64,000 bases of DNA from Chiloscyllium plagiosum (GCF_004010195.1 NC_057726.1:57977559-58041558), one strand, 5' to 3'. Shown: positions 34,358 through 47,632, numbered from the stretch's first letter. Numbers and translations are program-made. Notes: a model not told the origin generated them from the sequence alone.

Positions 34358-35319
34358 TCATTTGGTTTAGTCTTCCTGCTTGTTGAACACAAACTTGACT
34401 TTTTGGGAGGTAACAACGGTGCACGGGAGTACCTTATGACAACAAGAACATTAATTACTGCAGAACTGTTTCCCAACCATGTCCGAACCTTTAATTTTAC
34501 TAGAGAAGACTTTCCACAGAGTAAGAAAGTAAGTTTGCACAGACAATTTCATCCAGTCTAAAACACCCAGGACTAAGCAATACCTACCAAGAGCAGTTGG
34601 CAGGTTTAAATTCAGTTGATGGGTGCTCTACATTCCTAGCTGACAGCTGTTAGACTCGAACAGCATTTTTGCAATCTGCTTGAGGTTGTCCTGAGCACTA
34701 TTTATTAATCTTGTGACTCTTCCATGAGTGTTATCCACTGTTGAATCTGATCCTATATGAATGAAATGCAATAAGTACCAGACATAAATAACTCAAAGCC
34801 AAAAAGGTCAATGGTCTTGCTTTATCTGTGCTCATGTGACATATTTATTCTGATGATGAAATCGAGAATGTTTGTTGCAAAGTTGGAACTTCGCCCTTTG
34901 TGATTGGCTACTGGAAACCAGAGATGTGATCTCATGATCTTCTGACTAAAGTTCATTAACAGGGGGTGTACACAGATTTTCTGAAAATGGGCCCAAAGAA
35001 CAAGTTTCCATCCTGGTAGCACACATTCAGGAAATTACACATTGACCAATTTCAGTTCAATCTATTCCTTAAAGATTAAGATTAAACATCATCAAAAATC
35101 CCTGTGTGCTATCTCTCCAAATCCAAGTGGCTGCACTGTAACGTGACACCTTTGTAGTTGGCAAGTTACTATTTTATACCATCCAAATTTAATTTAATAT
35201 AAATACAGCAGCACAGAACAGCATCTGTGAAAAGAGAAACAGAGAGTTAATAATAAGTTAAATAAAAACAAAACATGCAGATACTGGCAATCCCCAGCAT
35301 TTTCTGTTTTTATTAATGA

Positions 35320-35399
35320 GTCAAAAAGTGTGGTGCTGGAAAAGCACAGCACCACACCTTTTGACTCTGATCTCCAACATCTGCAGTCCTCACTTTCTC
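35320..35399. mobile_element. Penelope-like terminal insertion with internal inversion and 16-bp TSD
   Basis: CTGTTTTTATTAATGA at 35304-35319 and 35400-35415; internal hairpin GAGTCAAAAAGTGTGGTGCTG...CAGCACCACACCTTTTGACTC. Confidence 0.75.
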
Positions 35400-35473
35400 C
35401 TGTTTTTATTAATGAATTAGATCAGTTTGCATCAGACTTTTACAAGTTTGTAGCAGAATTAAGCATCTAATGT

Positions 35474-35610
35474 CTGAGTTCTGAGGTAGGGTCGCTGGAC
35501 CCGAAACATTAACTCTGATTTCTCTTCACAGATGCTACCAGAACTGCTGAGTTTTCCCAGCAATTCATTTCTATTTCTGATCTCCAACATCTGCAGTTCT
35601 TTCTGTTTTT
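35474..35610 (+). mobile_element. Penelope-like terminus with hammerhead motif and 16-bp TSD
   Basis: ATTAAGCA(T/C)CTAATGT at 35458-35473 and 35611-35626; GAGTT-CTGAGGT-A-GGGTC GCTG GACCC-GAAA-CATT-AACTC at 35476-35515. Confidence 0.75.
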
Positions 35611-37559
35611 ATTAAGCACCTAATGTTGTTAGTGCTTGGTAAAACTAACAGCCACTTCAGACGTCTGTGTGTATGCGCAGCTAAATGCAGAAACCTGAAA
35701 GTTACTGTCAATGATAACTGGCCTCTCCAAAGCCTGTTGTGCCGGAGTTTTTATTTATTGCATTAATACAGAAATCACTGTGAAGATGTCAAAATAAACT
35801 AATTACCTGCGAGTATTGCACTTAAGGTCAATGAAACATTTAAGTCTTGTTCAACCAAGATCAAGTACAATTTAAATAGTTCCCCATAATTAATTAATTG
35901 TTGAAACTCATTGGTACTGAAAAATTAATAAGCATGATGTTTCATTCCCCAAGATTAATTATTGTGAATTTTAAGAAAAAGAAATATAGTTTATTTTAAA
36001 CTTCGCCTTTAACCCTGCGTGTATGTTACAGCTTTTATATTATTCAAGATAAAGTAATCTTATTTCTTTTTCTTTGGCTTTACCATTTGCAGTTTGTGAG
36101 GATTCTTCAATTTGAATGGTGCTGCATGTCACAAACCCCTCCAGAAAATACCAAATTCATACTAGCAGCAGAAGAGGAAGACTGTACTCCAAACCCAGTA
36201 AAAACTTGACAGCATCTGTTCTTAAGCTCAGCTGCAAGTACCATCTACTGCTACATCTGGGTTGATTTTTAACAAACAATTGGATTTACTCAAGTTCTTA
36301 TTATGTCCACTTTAATTCTACACATCGACTGTCAATCAGACCAACTTTCAGGTCAGGTAGAATAGTCCTACTGTCGCGGAATTCAGAACTATCAATTCAG
36401 CAATATATCTTCCTTCTCAATAGAAGGTTAACGGCACACACCAACACTACAAATCCAAATTCAGTTCAATAGCTCCATCAGAAACCGTTTAAACAACATC
36501 CCTGACAAAAACCTGGTTCTGAGGTTTCAGTTTGCTCCACCCTTCCAGATATTCAGGGCAGCCAACACAGTCTTTGTGTATTACAAGTTTTTTTTTTAAA
36601 CACTCTGACATTCTGATTGGCATGCTGGCTTGATCCTGAACAGCAACCGTGGCCTCTTCTGTGCACACGTTGTCGGAGTTAGATGGCTCCCCTTTGGTTA
36701 ATTTTACTGCTCGGTTTGAAACACCTTTCAGTATCACACGTCTGATGTCTCTATCTTTCATGTCTCTATCTCCACTAGAGGTCAGTAAATCACTTCTCCG
36801 GCTCTCCAAAGCCAACTTTGTATTTCAGCATGGATTCCAGATATCTTCCTGTCTCAGAAAATTACTTAATAACTGGATTTCCTTTAAGTACAAAGGAAAC
36901 TCGATTTTTTCTTTTGACAGAGTATGGAGTCCATCCCATGCACACAGCTCATCTGAAATGTTTCCATATCCAAGAATCCGGGTGCCACATCTCCAGGTGG
37001 CAGGTCAGCAAATTGCTTACCATCATTTCGAACATTTTCAGAACTCGCTCCAATCCTGAGTGGATTTAATTTAGCATCCTAATTACTTGCGCATTTCCAA
37101 ACCAAATGGCATTACTTCAGCATTGTCACTCTTCTCTGACAGTGTGGAACTACTGGACCTCCTTAATGTGTCACCAGGAAGCATTTCCTCATCGCCCTCA
37201 CAGACAACTTTACAGTACTGCACATTATTCTCTGCAACTCTTTGAATCAGGTGGTTTGCAATCACTTTCCAAACCATTTAATTTGGTCAAACTGGAAACA
37301 ACAAAAAGTCAATTTTCAAATTAGCCACCATTTTTATTCTTTCTGCTTGATATGTGTGTGTGGGGAGGGTGATGGTGCAATTACCTCATTTGGCTAGATT
37401 GCAAGAATTTGATGCAAAATGCTACCAATGGAGTATGTGTGATAGTTCATGGAGGCGTGTCTTGTGCCTTGCTCATGCAGCTACAGTGTTATGTAACCAG
37501 ATCTGAGAGAGAGAGAGAGAGATGCCAAAGGTCCCCCTAGACTATGGTTAATTACTTCA

Positions 37560-39390
37560 TGATATCCCATTAATTTTTGTACATGACATCCTGTCCTGGA
37601 TTTCTTTTTGATGAGTCATTTTGGCAGGTTTACTTTTGTAATACTATTGCTGGTTTGTGCATGACCTTCTTAACCTCATCCGGACACTTGTCAAGATGAC
37701 CATCTTATGGAACATCAAGTTTTGTCTTCAGTAACTTGCCAAGGAAATGATTATATTGGGACAAGTCTGAACCCGGTCAATTCTTCATTTGCAGTACTGG
37801 AGTAAAGGTCTAGCCTCAGAGAGTTGAATGTCTATGTATTTAATTACTTCTTCGTTAATTCTTCATGTCATCCTAGTTCACTTTGATACCTTTTCATTTG
37901 CATTGCTTCACAGAGTTCTCCAGTTGCTGTTGTCCTGGTCACCCTTAATCTAGCCTCAAGTTAGCCGTCACACTTGTAAAATTCGCCTAACTTTATTCTA
38001 AAGTAGTTCGTGCCTTTTGGCATATTTTGCCTTTTGAAAATTGTGAGCTTTGCCGATTTCACAGCAATGTTTCCTCCGAACAATCGTGTAATAGTAGACA
38101 GACAGCTAACAAGGCAAGCAAAATTCAATTCTTTGGGATAATGATGGCAGTTGTTAGTTTCGTCAGAATACTTGGTGTGGCTGAAAGTGAGGACACTGTT
38201 ACCTAGTTTTTTCATTATGATTTCCTTTTGTTATTATTGAAGATGTCCAGTTTGTTCAATGCGTTAACGTGGACTCCCTGGACATGTTATGACACATAAT
38301 GGGACATGAGCCTAGACCTTTCATTTGATTCTTGGATCAAGTGCCTTTGAACTGTTAATTGTGTGTAATTACACACAGATAATGGGACTTATAACTGAGA
38401 GGTATGTGTTTTCATAAATATAGGAGCAGACTGAAGCTTAATCTTCCCTTAAAACTCTGAACCCTCACTCACAGTCTCTCATCGCTCTTCTGCTCCCATA
38501 GCTTGTTGGCTCTCCATACCCTTCGATCACTGCAATTTTTAAAGTCTCAGTAAGGACCACATTGAGAAAAACTTTGGGAAGCACTCTGCTAAACCATGCA
38601 GGGGTGATTGACAAATCTATGTGAGGCTGATAAAAGATATTAGTGAGAAGTTTAAAACCTGTACTTTAAAAGTAAGTATGAGAAGACGCCACAATGTCTC
38701 ATTTTAACCATCCACTGACAATTGACTTACACAAGGTAGGTCCCACATATCTGAAGGTTAGGACAAATATATTTTGTCAAATTGGCAACTAGATTTAGTA
38801 TCTTGACAATGATACCTAGAAAGAACAAAAGCGCTATCACTGAGATGATGATGGGGAAATGAATACGAACTAGATTTGAGCCACCAGGTGACGTTCTGAC
38901 TGATCGTGGAAGGTAAGTTGCCAGTGATGAGTTACAAGACATGGGTGAACACATGAAATTTGTGGCCCTAAATACAGCACTTGGAAGTCCTTTCAGCAAT
39001 GGACTTTGTGTAGGAAACATGCTGTGACCAATGAAATCCTGCATAAAAGAATAATTGACTAATGCGACTACAATTTGAGAAATATCCCAGCATGGTCCAT
39101 GCAAAGAATTAACTCAAGATTGTTGAAAGATATTGTTGCCATTGATTAGATTATGGACCCAATCCAAATTTGCTTTCATGTGTGTGATGGTCCTCCTGTT
39201 TTAAAAGCTACTATTAGTTACTGTTCCTCCTGCATGTTTGAATGCTTTATTAAAAAGGGCATGCTTCTTCAGGGCTGGGATCCTTGGGGAAAAAAAGTGG
39301 CACCCACTCAGGAATTGTTTGAGGCCATCCAAAAGAAATTTCACTTCAGGAGCTTTCAATTGGCAGCCCTTCAAAGTAAGGAGGATGCTA
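37560..39390 (-). mobile_element. Probable decayed LTR-retrotransposon pol remnant
   Basis: Broken frames such as SIAERTSKCCI*GHKFHVFTHVL*LITGNLPSTISQNVTWWLK weakly resemble a Gypsy-type RNase H; no intact motif. Confidence 0.3.
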
Positions 39391-39397
39391 GCCATGT

Positions 39398-39518
39398 AGA
39401 CAGAGGAGAGAGAGACAGAGACCGAGAGAGACAGAGACCGAGAGAGAGTCAGACAGACAGACAGACAGACAGACAGAGTCAGACAGACAGACAGAGTCAG
39501 ACAGACAGAGAGACAGAT
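39398..39518 (+). repeat. Compound (GA)n/(GACA)n microsatellite
   Basis: AGACAGAGGAGAGAGAGACAGAG...AGACAGACAGACAG... Confidence 0.95.
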
Positions 39519-40559
39519 GTAAGAGAAAATGGTGCAGTTAGCGCAAGTTACAAAAATAATTTTAAAATATGTAATTGCTCGGTTGTTGGTCAGTCCACAG
39601 TAAATGAGGGATTGTGTGCCTTTCTTGAATTTTCTTTTGGCTCTTGCATCTTCAGTCTCCATTATTCACCCTCTTTGAAAACTTACTGCTGCTTTGTCAA
39701 GCAGGTCTCACCCTCCCGGGCATGCCTTTCCAGCACAGAGGTCAAAGCCAACCTTCTTCAAGTGCTTTGAGAATATTGTGCATGATCGTCCGAGGACAGC
39801 TAAGTGTATGGCTAGAGCTTTCTCAGGCATTGGCAACATATCACTCAAGTTTGGCAGTCGTACAGGAGTGCCGGAAGGACTTCGAATCGGTCTACAGCTA
39901 CTGGTCAGTGTAGACATATTTGAGCAGTGTCCCAAAGTGGACAATGTATTCTGTGTAGGATGTCCGTGCTGATGGTTGCTGACTAGGACACATGGCTACT
40001 GAGTGAGCAGAAGTGATCAACTGGTTGCTGCCAGTGATCCTCAGTGATTACTCTAGGTGGATTAGGAGCACGCCCTGATTTTGTCTTCTTGCCATTCTGA
40101 TTCAACTGTAGGGCTCATTTTGGGACCTTGACCAATTGAAGACTGGCCCAGAGGTTTCCTGCGTGCACATTAAGATATAACAGAAAGCTGCATACTGGAG
40201 GTCTTTGTCTGCAAGATTTCCATTTTCACTTTCAGCCTTTGAGAGCTTGAAAATAATCCCATCAAGTTTGTGTTTAGTTCAGACGCTGGGGGAGAGGGCA
40301 TCCTTGACCATGGTAGGGATAGGAAGATGGAGAAGGCGGTGAGTTCAAGAACACATCGATGGGAAAGGCATCAGACTCCAGTCTGTCACAGAGGACAATG
40401 GCAGTCATATCATGTTAAAAAACTGCACAATCTTGATGCATGTCCATGGCCATTGCTCCCAGAGACTTTCACAATGGACTGAATTGAAGGCCTTTGACAG
40501 TCTAATGAAGACAGCTTAGTTTTGCTCCTGGCATTTCTGTAACTCCATGAGGTCCAGGA

Positions 40560-42720
40560 GAGTCACTGAGCATAGAACTAGGCCCTTCAGGCCACCCACC
40601 ATGTCTACGCCAATCAACAAACACCAAACTACACTAATGCCATTTTCTTTACCTGCACTTGGTCCACAATCTACTATGCCCTGGCATTTTAAATATTCAT
40701 CCAGGCGTTTCTTAGCTTTGTGAGAGTACGCTTCCAGTATCCTCTCAGGTAGTGCAGTCCATGTATCTACCAACATCTGGGGAAAAGTTCTTTCTCATAT
40801 CTTCCCTAAACCACTTGCTGCTCACCTTAAACTTACACCCTCTAGTCTGCCATGGGAAAGAGATTCACTGACCTACGCTGTAAGTTTGTTTACTTCAAAC
40901 AGACCTGCCCGCCCACCGGCCCCCCACCCCGGTGCCCAAACACCCCCACCCCAGCCTCCTCTGCTCCAAGGAAAACAAACCCAGCCTATCCAGTTTCTCC
41001 TCATAACTGAGACTTTTCATCCCAAGCAACATTCAGATAAATCTCCTCTACATGCTCTCCAGTGCCATCATGTCCTTCTGACAGGGTGGTAATCAGAACT
41101 GCACACAGTATTCCAACTGTGCCCTAACTAACATTTTATGAAGTTGTAACAAGATTTCCTTGCTCCTATATTCTACGTCCCACCTAATAAACGAAAGCAT
41201 TCCATATGCCTTCTTCACCATCCTGTCTACCTGTGTGACACCTTCAGGGATCTATGGACCTGCACACAATGGGCCCTTTGTTCCTCAGTCCATAGGACCT
41301 ACCATTCATTGTCTATGTCCTTCCATTAGACCTCCAAAAATTCCACATCATGCACCTGTCAGAATTAAACTTCATCTGCCATTGCTCTGCCCAATTTACC
41401 AGCTGATCAATGTCAGATGCTAGCCTGAGACCATCTTCCTCATTAACAACAACATCACTAATTTTCACATAATTTGCAAACTTACTAATTATACCTTCAC
41501 CATTCACATCCCAGTTGTTAATGTAAAAACAAACAGCAAAGGTCGCAGTACCAAGCCATGTGGTACAATGCTAGTCATTCAATTACAAAATAAGCCCTCC
41601 ATCATCACTTTTGCCTCCTACTGCTAGGCCAATGTTTGATCCAATTGGTCAACTTACCTTGGATCCCATGGGATCTTAACGTCTGTTCCAACCCTACACA
41701 TGGGACCTTGTCACAGGCCTTACTGAAGTCCATGAAAACCACATCAACTGCACTACCTTCATCAACATATTTAGTCACCTTTTCAAAAAAAACTCAATTA
41801 GTCAGACCAGATCTTCCTCTAAAAAATCCAAACTGATTAATCGCTGATCAATGCCTCCCTTTCCAAATACTGATTCATCCCATTCTTTATAGTTTTTCTA
41901 ATGATTTCCCTACTGGTTATGTCAGACTAAATGGTTTGTAATTACCTAGTCTAATACTGCTGCCCTTCTTGAACAAATGAACCAGATTAGCTATCCTCCA
42001 GCAAGGTACTAAATATCTCTGCCAAGACCCCAGCAATCTCTCCCTTGCCTCCCACTTGTCCTTCACTCAAAGGAATACACTGGCCCTGTACTCTCACCAT
42101 ATTATTTTTAAAAGTCTCCCACTTTACAAATAAGACTTAAATGAGAGTAGCTGCTTCCGGTCTATATTTGCCAGACCCTGTCTAATGATACTAAAATCTG
42201 TCTTCCCTCAACTTTGACACAAAATGTTCGCCCACTGATATGTTAACCATTTGACCGGGTTCATTCCCCAGGATTAGGTCTAGTGCTACAGTTCTGGTGG
42301 GACTATCTGCACACTGGCACAAAAAAATACCTCCCGCAAGCATTTTAAAAACTCCTTCCCATCTGATCCTTTCAGACTAAGGCAATCACAATTAACGTGA
42401 GAAACACTGAAGTCCCCTTCAACTATAACCCTGTTCCTCTCACACCTTTGTGATTTCCTTAGGAATTCTGTAAATTCCTCTGACTGCTGGGAGTTGAAAA
42501 GTGTGATGCTGGAAAAGCACAGCAGGTCAGGAAGCATCAGAGGAGCAGGAGACTCGACGTTTTGGCCAAAAGCCGCTGATCTCCAGCATCTGCAGTCCTC
42601 ACTTTCTCCTGACTGCTAGCAGTCCTGCTATATAATTCCTGCAAGGTAATAACCCCGTTTTTTTTAATTTCTAAGCTCTGTCTAATTTTAAGACCTTTCT
42701 ACAAAGTCCTCCCTCATTAC
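40560..42720 (-). mobile_element. Degenerate CR1 LINE
   Basis: ISKFANYVKI...WAEQWQMKFNSDRC and RVIVEGDFSVSHVNCD motifs on minus. Confidence 0.8.
42489..42608. mobile_element. Penelope-like terminal insertion with 5' inversion and 9-bp TSD
   Basis: CTGACTGCT at 42480-42488 and 42609-42617; first part is the reverse orientation of the terminus, second part TGATCTCCAGCATCTGCAGTCCTCACTTTCTCC is forward. Confidence 0.75.
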
Positions 42721-44536
42721 TGCGGGATCTACAGAACGGTAAAGATCAGATCTGTCATGCCTTATAAATGCTCTGAATCCACAATGGGATTCTGACAAAG
42801 GTTTCTGCAACTGCAGGTAATCCAGAAGACTGAGACGATCTTGACAACACTAAGGTCTCCTGGGAGCCCTGCTTCACCCCAGGTTTGCTGGAAAAGTAAG
42901 CATACACTTTGCACAATTAAGTCTCTGTCGAACATGCACACCTCAGCTGAGATACCAACCAAATCTGCAAGCTGTTCGTTTGAGCTTATGCAATGGCTCG
43001 GTGAATTTTGTCCAGGGAGATTCAGTAAGGTTCTATCATGCCAATGAAAGCAGATTGTGGTCTGAGCCCATCCAGACCCATGCCAGTCCTGGCTGCTGAC
43101 AGGTTCATCCTATTTCAGGCAGCGTTGAGACTCCTCTCAAAAACTTGACTCTCCCATAAGGGATCATGAAGAGCAGAAGCCCTAGTAAGACATTAATCAT
43201 TATGACAATCAAACTGTTAAGATTCATTCCTTGCAATTAATCAGAATGAAGTACCAAATCTTTCAATCTGAGCCACTCACTAGAAGCAAAACAAGATGAT
43301 TTGTACAGCAAGTGCTCTTGTGTTATTCAATTGGGGTCCTGAGGAAGACTATTTAGATTGCAGCAATGTGAGAGTACTTGATGCAGGTGATACAGCTCAC
43401 ACACCCAAAGGCTTATTACCAGATAGCTACTTGGCTAACATGTAGACCAGAGAGTTTGAATGGATGGAGCGAGACGATAATGTGGAATATTCAGGAAAAG
43501 CAAATGGTCATTTTAACTATTAATTGAAAGTTCAGGATGATGACTAGGAGTGTGGTCACAGACAGGCAGAATGAGGCAAAGACAGGAGAGTAAACAAACA
43601 CTAATAGTGGGTGTTGAAATGACTTTTGCTAGAGAAACGCTATACCTGCTTTCAATAGTGGTAAATACTGACGATTGAATTTTAACTTCCTTCATCTGAT
43701 TGTTATGCCAGAGACCACTATGGACTCAAATAGTTTTAGAAAGGGCCAAAGATGGCTACAATGGTAACCTGATTAGAGATTGAGGCAAACTTTGGGAGAC
43801 CCATCTGGAACAACTAGTTGGCAATGAAATTACCTTTTGTTATTGAAAGAATTTAAAACCAGGCAACTAATATAATTTTGTTTAGATTGACCAAGATCTA
43901 ATGACAGAAGTTGGTCAATGCAGGGAGGTGCAATTTCCTTGCACTGATGAATTTCCACCACAAGACCGTGCCCCTCAGTATGAGTTCAGAATGGCAGTCA
44001 GGAAAAAGGAACAGCTACAATGAGGAAGGGAGCAGCCCAGGTTAAGATCAGAAGGAAGGAGGTAAAGCGGGGACAGAGGGAAAGTAACTTCAGAAAATGA
44101 GACTGGAAATGCTAATACAATTTGAGAAAAGAGGCCTTAGAAGTAAAGCAATGTGAAAGCAAAATGACATGCAGCAGAATAACTAAAAGTGAGGACTTGC
44201 TGGAATTAAAGATCACTTGGAGTTTAATGAGGTACCACAAGAAGGCTAACTATTTGCAATGAAAAAGGCTTGTAATTGACACTTTCGGGGCAAAAGCAAG
44301 TTCAGCAGGAGCTTTGATGAATGGCTCAATGATTTGGATGTTAGAGTGGACTCTCCCACAGTGGGAAAAGGAAATGTAAATCTTCGGTTGTTTCGGATCC
44401 CTTGGTCACGGCAGTGTAGATCAGTCAACGTGAGAGTTCCAATTCTACAGGATGATATTTTTCAGAGGGAAGTGATGCTGAAACAATTCAAAGAAGCAAC
44501 AGATACAAGAGGAAAACCATGGAAGTGAAACAATTT

Positions 44537-44890
44537 AGGCTGGCACAGTGGCTCAGTGGTTAGCACTGCTGCCTCACAGCACCAGGGACCGGGTTCGATT
44601 CCAGCCTTGGGCGATTGTCTGTGTGAAGTTTGCACATTCTCCCAGTGTCTGTGTGGGTTGCCTCCGGGTGCACCGGGTTTCCTCCCACAGTCCAAAAAGA
44701 TGTGCAGGGTTAGGTGAATTGGCCAGGCTAAATTGCCCATCGTATTCAGGGATGTGTAGGTTAGGCACATTACTCAGGGGTAAATATAGGATAATAGGGT
44801 AGGGGAATGGGTCTGGATGGGTTACACTTTGAAGGGTTGGTGTGGACTTGTGGGGCCAAACGGCCTGTTTCCACACTGTAGGGATTCTAC
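44537..44890 (+). mobile_element. Full-length HE1-type SINE (long variant)
   Basis: GGCACAGTGGCTCAGTGGTTAGCACTGCTGCCTCACAGC, GGTTCGATTCC, V-domain, tail CCTGTTTCCACACTGTAGGGATTCTA. Confidence 0.9.
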
Positions 44891-45249
44891 ATTAAAAAAA
44901 AATGCATCACTGGCCTGAATAGTACTTTCAGGTTGTGATATGTTTCGGTTACCTCTGTTTCGCTGAATCTAGACTGCGTTTTGCTAAAAACAAATTTTAC
45001 TTTGGCAACATGCAAAAACAAAAGACAAACCATTTCAGCTACTTTCTTCATGCAACAGCAAAATACTGTGGTTGCTGCAAATCTAAAGTAAAAATAGAGC
45101 CTGGAGAAAGTCAGAAGATTGGAAAGTTCTGGAATGTTTCCATCTTTTCTTGTTGGCATCTTCATGACGCAGGTGATTGGTTTTTAGATGGGATTGCAGA
45201 ATTTGAGAAAGGTTATAAAATATTCATTGACAAGATGTGGCCACGCTGG

Positions 45250-46750
45250 CTGCACCAACATTTACAGCTGATTCTTAGCTGGCCTTTAGAAGGTGGTGGA
45301 TCTACCTACATCTTGAATCACTGCTTGATGTAGGTAGATCCACAATGGCCTTAGGCAAAGAACTCCAGGATTTTAACCTAGCGACACTAAAGGGACATCA
45401 ATATATTTCCTAGTCAGGATAGTGTGTCATCTGGAGACGAACTTGCATGAGGTTGTACTCTTGTGTATCTGCTGCCCATATCCGCTCAGCTAGTTGTGGT
45501 CATGGTTTTAGAAGTTGGTGTTCAAAGTAGTCTTGGTAAATTGTCGCAGTGCAACTTGCAGCTTGTACACACTGCTGCTGAGTGTCGGTGGTGGAGGGAG
45601 TGAAAGTTTTTGGGTGAGATGCCAATCAAGTGGCTGCTTTGCCCTGGATAGTATCAGGCTTGAGTGCTGTTGGAACTGCACTGATTGAGGCAAGTGGAGA
45701 GAATTCCATCACACTCCTGACTTGTGCCTTGTAGATGGTGGACAGGCTTTGGGGAGTCAGGTGAATTACTTGCTGCAGGATCCTGAGCCTCTGAACTGCT
45801 CGTGTTTCCACTATGTTGACGTAGGGGATTCTGTGATGGTAATGCCATTGAAATCAAAGGGTGACAGTTAGATTCTCTCTTGCTGGAGATGGCCATTGCC
45901 TGGCAGTTGTGTGGTGCAAATGTTATTAGTTATTTATCAGCCAAACATTGTGTATTATCTAGGTTTTATTGCATTTGGACATCACTGCTTCAACATCTGA
46001 GGAGTCACAAATAGTGCTGTTAATTGTGCAATCATTAGCAAACTTTGCATCTTATGATTGACAGGTCATCGATGAAGCAGCTGAAGATTTTTGGGCCCAG
46101 GATACTGCCCTGAAGCACTTCTGCAGAGGTGTCCTGGAGCTGAGATGTCTGACTCCCAACGACCACAATCACCTTCCTTTGCATTAGATTTGACTCCAAC
46201 CATTGGAGAGTTTTCTCCTGATTCTCATTGACTCCAGTTTTGTTAGAGCTCCTTGATGCCACACTTGGTCAAGGCAGTCAACTTTCATCTCACCTCTGGA
46301 ATTCAGTTCTTCATCCATGTTTGAGCCAAGGCTGTAATGAAAGCAGGAGCTGAGCAGATTATTGCTAAGCAAGTGCTGCTTGATAGCATTGTTGATGACA
46401 CCTTCCATCACTTCATTAATGATCAACAGTAGACTGATAGGGCAGCAATTGACCGGGTTGGATTTGGCCTGCCTTTTGTGTACAGGATATACCTGGGCAT
46501 TTTTCTTCATGGATCAGATAGGTGCCAAGTCATGGAACAACTTGACTAAAGGTATGGCACGTTCTCGAGCACAAGTCTTCAGTGTTATTGTTGTCAAGGA
46601 CCACAGACTTTGCTGGTATCACATGGAGTGAATCAAATTGGCTGATGACTGGCAACTGTGAAGCTGGAGATCTCTGCATCAAGCCAAAACAGATCATTTA
46701 CTGGGCACTTTCGGTTGAAGACTGTTGCAAATGCATCAGCCTTATCTTTT
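45250..46750 (-). mobile_element. L2/CR1-group LINE (RT region to 3' part)
   Basis: VYPVHKRQAKSNPVNCCPISLL, EVLQGSILGPKIFSCFIDDL, LTPQSLSTIYKAQVRSVMEFSP. Confidence 0.8.
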
Positions 46751-46817
46751 GTACTGATTCAAATAGACTTTAAAATGCGGGTGTCAAGCTGTGAGACTTG
46801 CAAATACACAGGTTTAG

Positions 46818-47632
46818 AATTAGAGTCATAGAGATGTACAGCATGGAAACAGACCCTTCGGTCCAACCCGTCCACACCGACCAGATATCCCAACTCAATA
46901 TAGTCCCACCTGCCAGCACCCAAACCATACTCCCTCCAAACCCTTCCTATTCATATACCCATCCAAATGCCTCTTAAATGTTGCAATTGTACCAACCTCC
47001 ACCACTTCCTCTGGCAGCTCATTCCATACACTTACCACCCTCTGCATGAAAACATTGCCCCTTAGGTCTCTTTTATATCTTTCCCCTCTCACCCTAAACC
47101 TATGCCCTCTAGTTCTGGACTCCCTTTCCGATAGGAAGGAGAACAGAATTGCACACAATATTCCAACAGTGGCCTAACCAATGTCCTGTACAGCCGCAAC
47201 ATGACCTCCCAACTCCTGTACTCAATACTCTGACCAATAAACGAAAGCATACCAAACGCCGCCTTCACTATCCTATCTACCTACGACTCCACTTTCAAGG
47301 AAATATGAACCTGCACTCCTAGGTCTCTTTTTTCAGCAACACTCCCTAGGACCTTACCAATAAGTATGTAAGTCCTGCTAAGATTTACTTTCCCAAAATG
47401 CAGCACCTCACATTTATCTGAATTAAACTCCATCTGCCACTTCTCAGCCCATTGGCTTGATCAGTAGGAACTGATCAAGTTCCTACTGTAATCTGAGGTA
47501 ACCTTCTTCGCTGTCCACTACACCTCCAATTTTGGTGTTATCTGCAAACTCACTAACTGTACCTCTTATGCTCACATCCAAATCATTTTATATAAATGAC
47601 AAAAAGTAGAGGACCCAGCACCGATCCTTGTG
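46818..47632 (-). mobile_element. CR1/HER1 3' part with internal deletion near 47125
   Basis: RTRGHRFRVRGERYKRDLRGNVFMQRVVSVWNELP, QGSVLGPLLF; 3' tail at the left end. Confidence 0.9.

Larger units (their letters stand above)
39620..43200 (-). mobile_element. RTE-clade LINE remnant split by a CR1 insertion (40560-42720)
   Basis: 42962-42800: VGISAEV...LFQQTWGEAGLPGDLSVVKIV (RTE GIPAE...W.E..MPGDL motif); ~39900-39720: EVLPALLYDCQT*VI...LRKL...RTIMH (RTE C-terminal LPALLYGCETW motif). Confidence 0.6.

Noticed and set aside
39153-39770. 205-aa and 153-aa ORFs
   Set aside because: Kept open by the GA/GACA microsatellite between TE remnants
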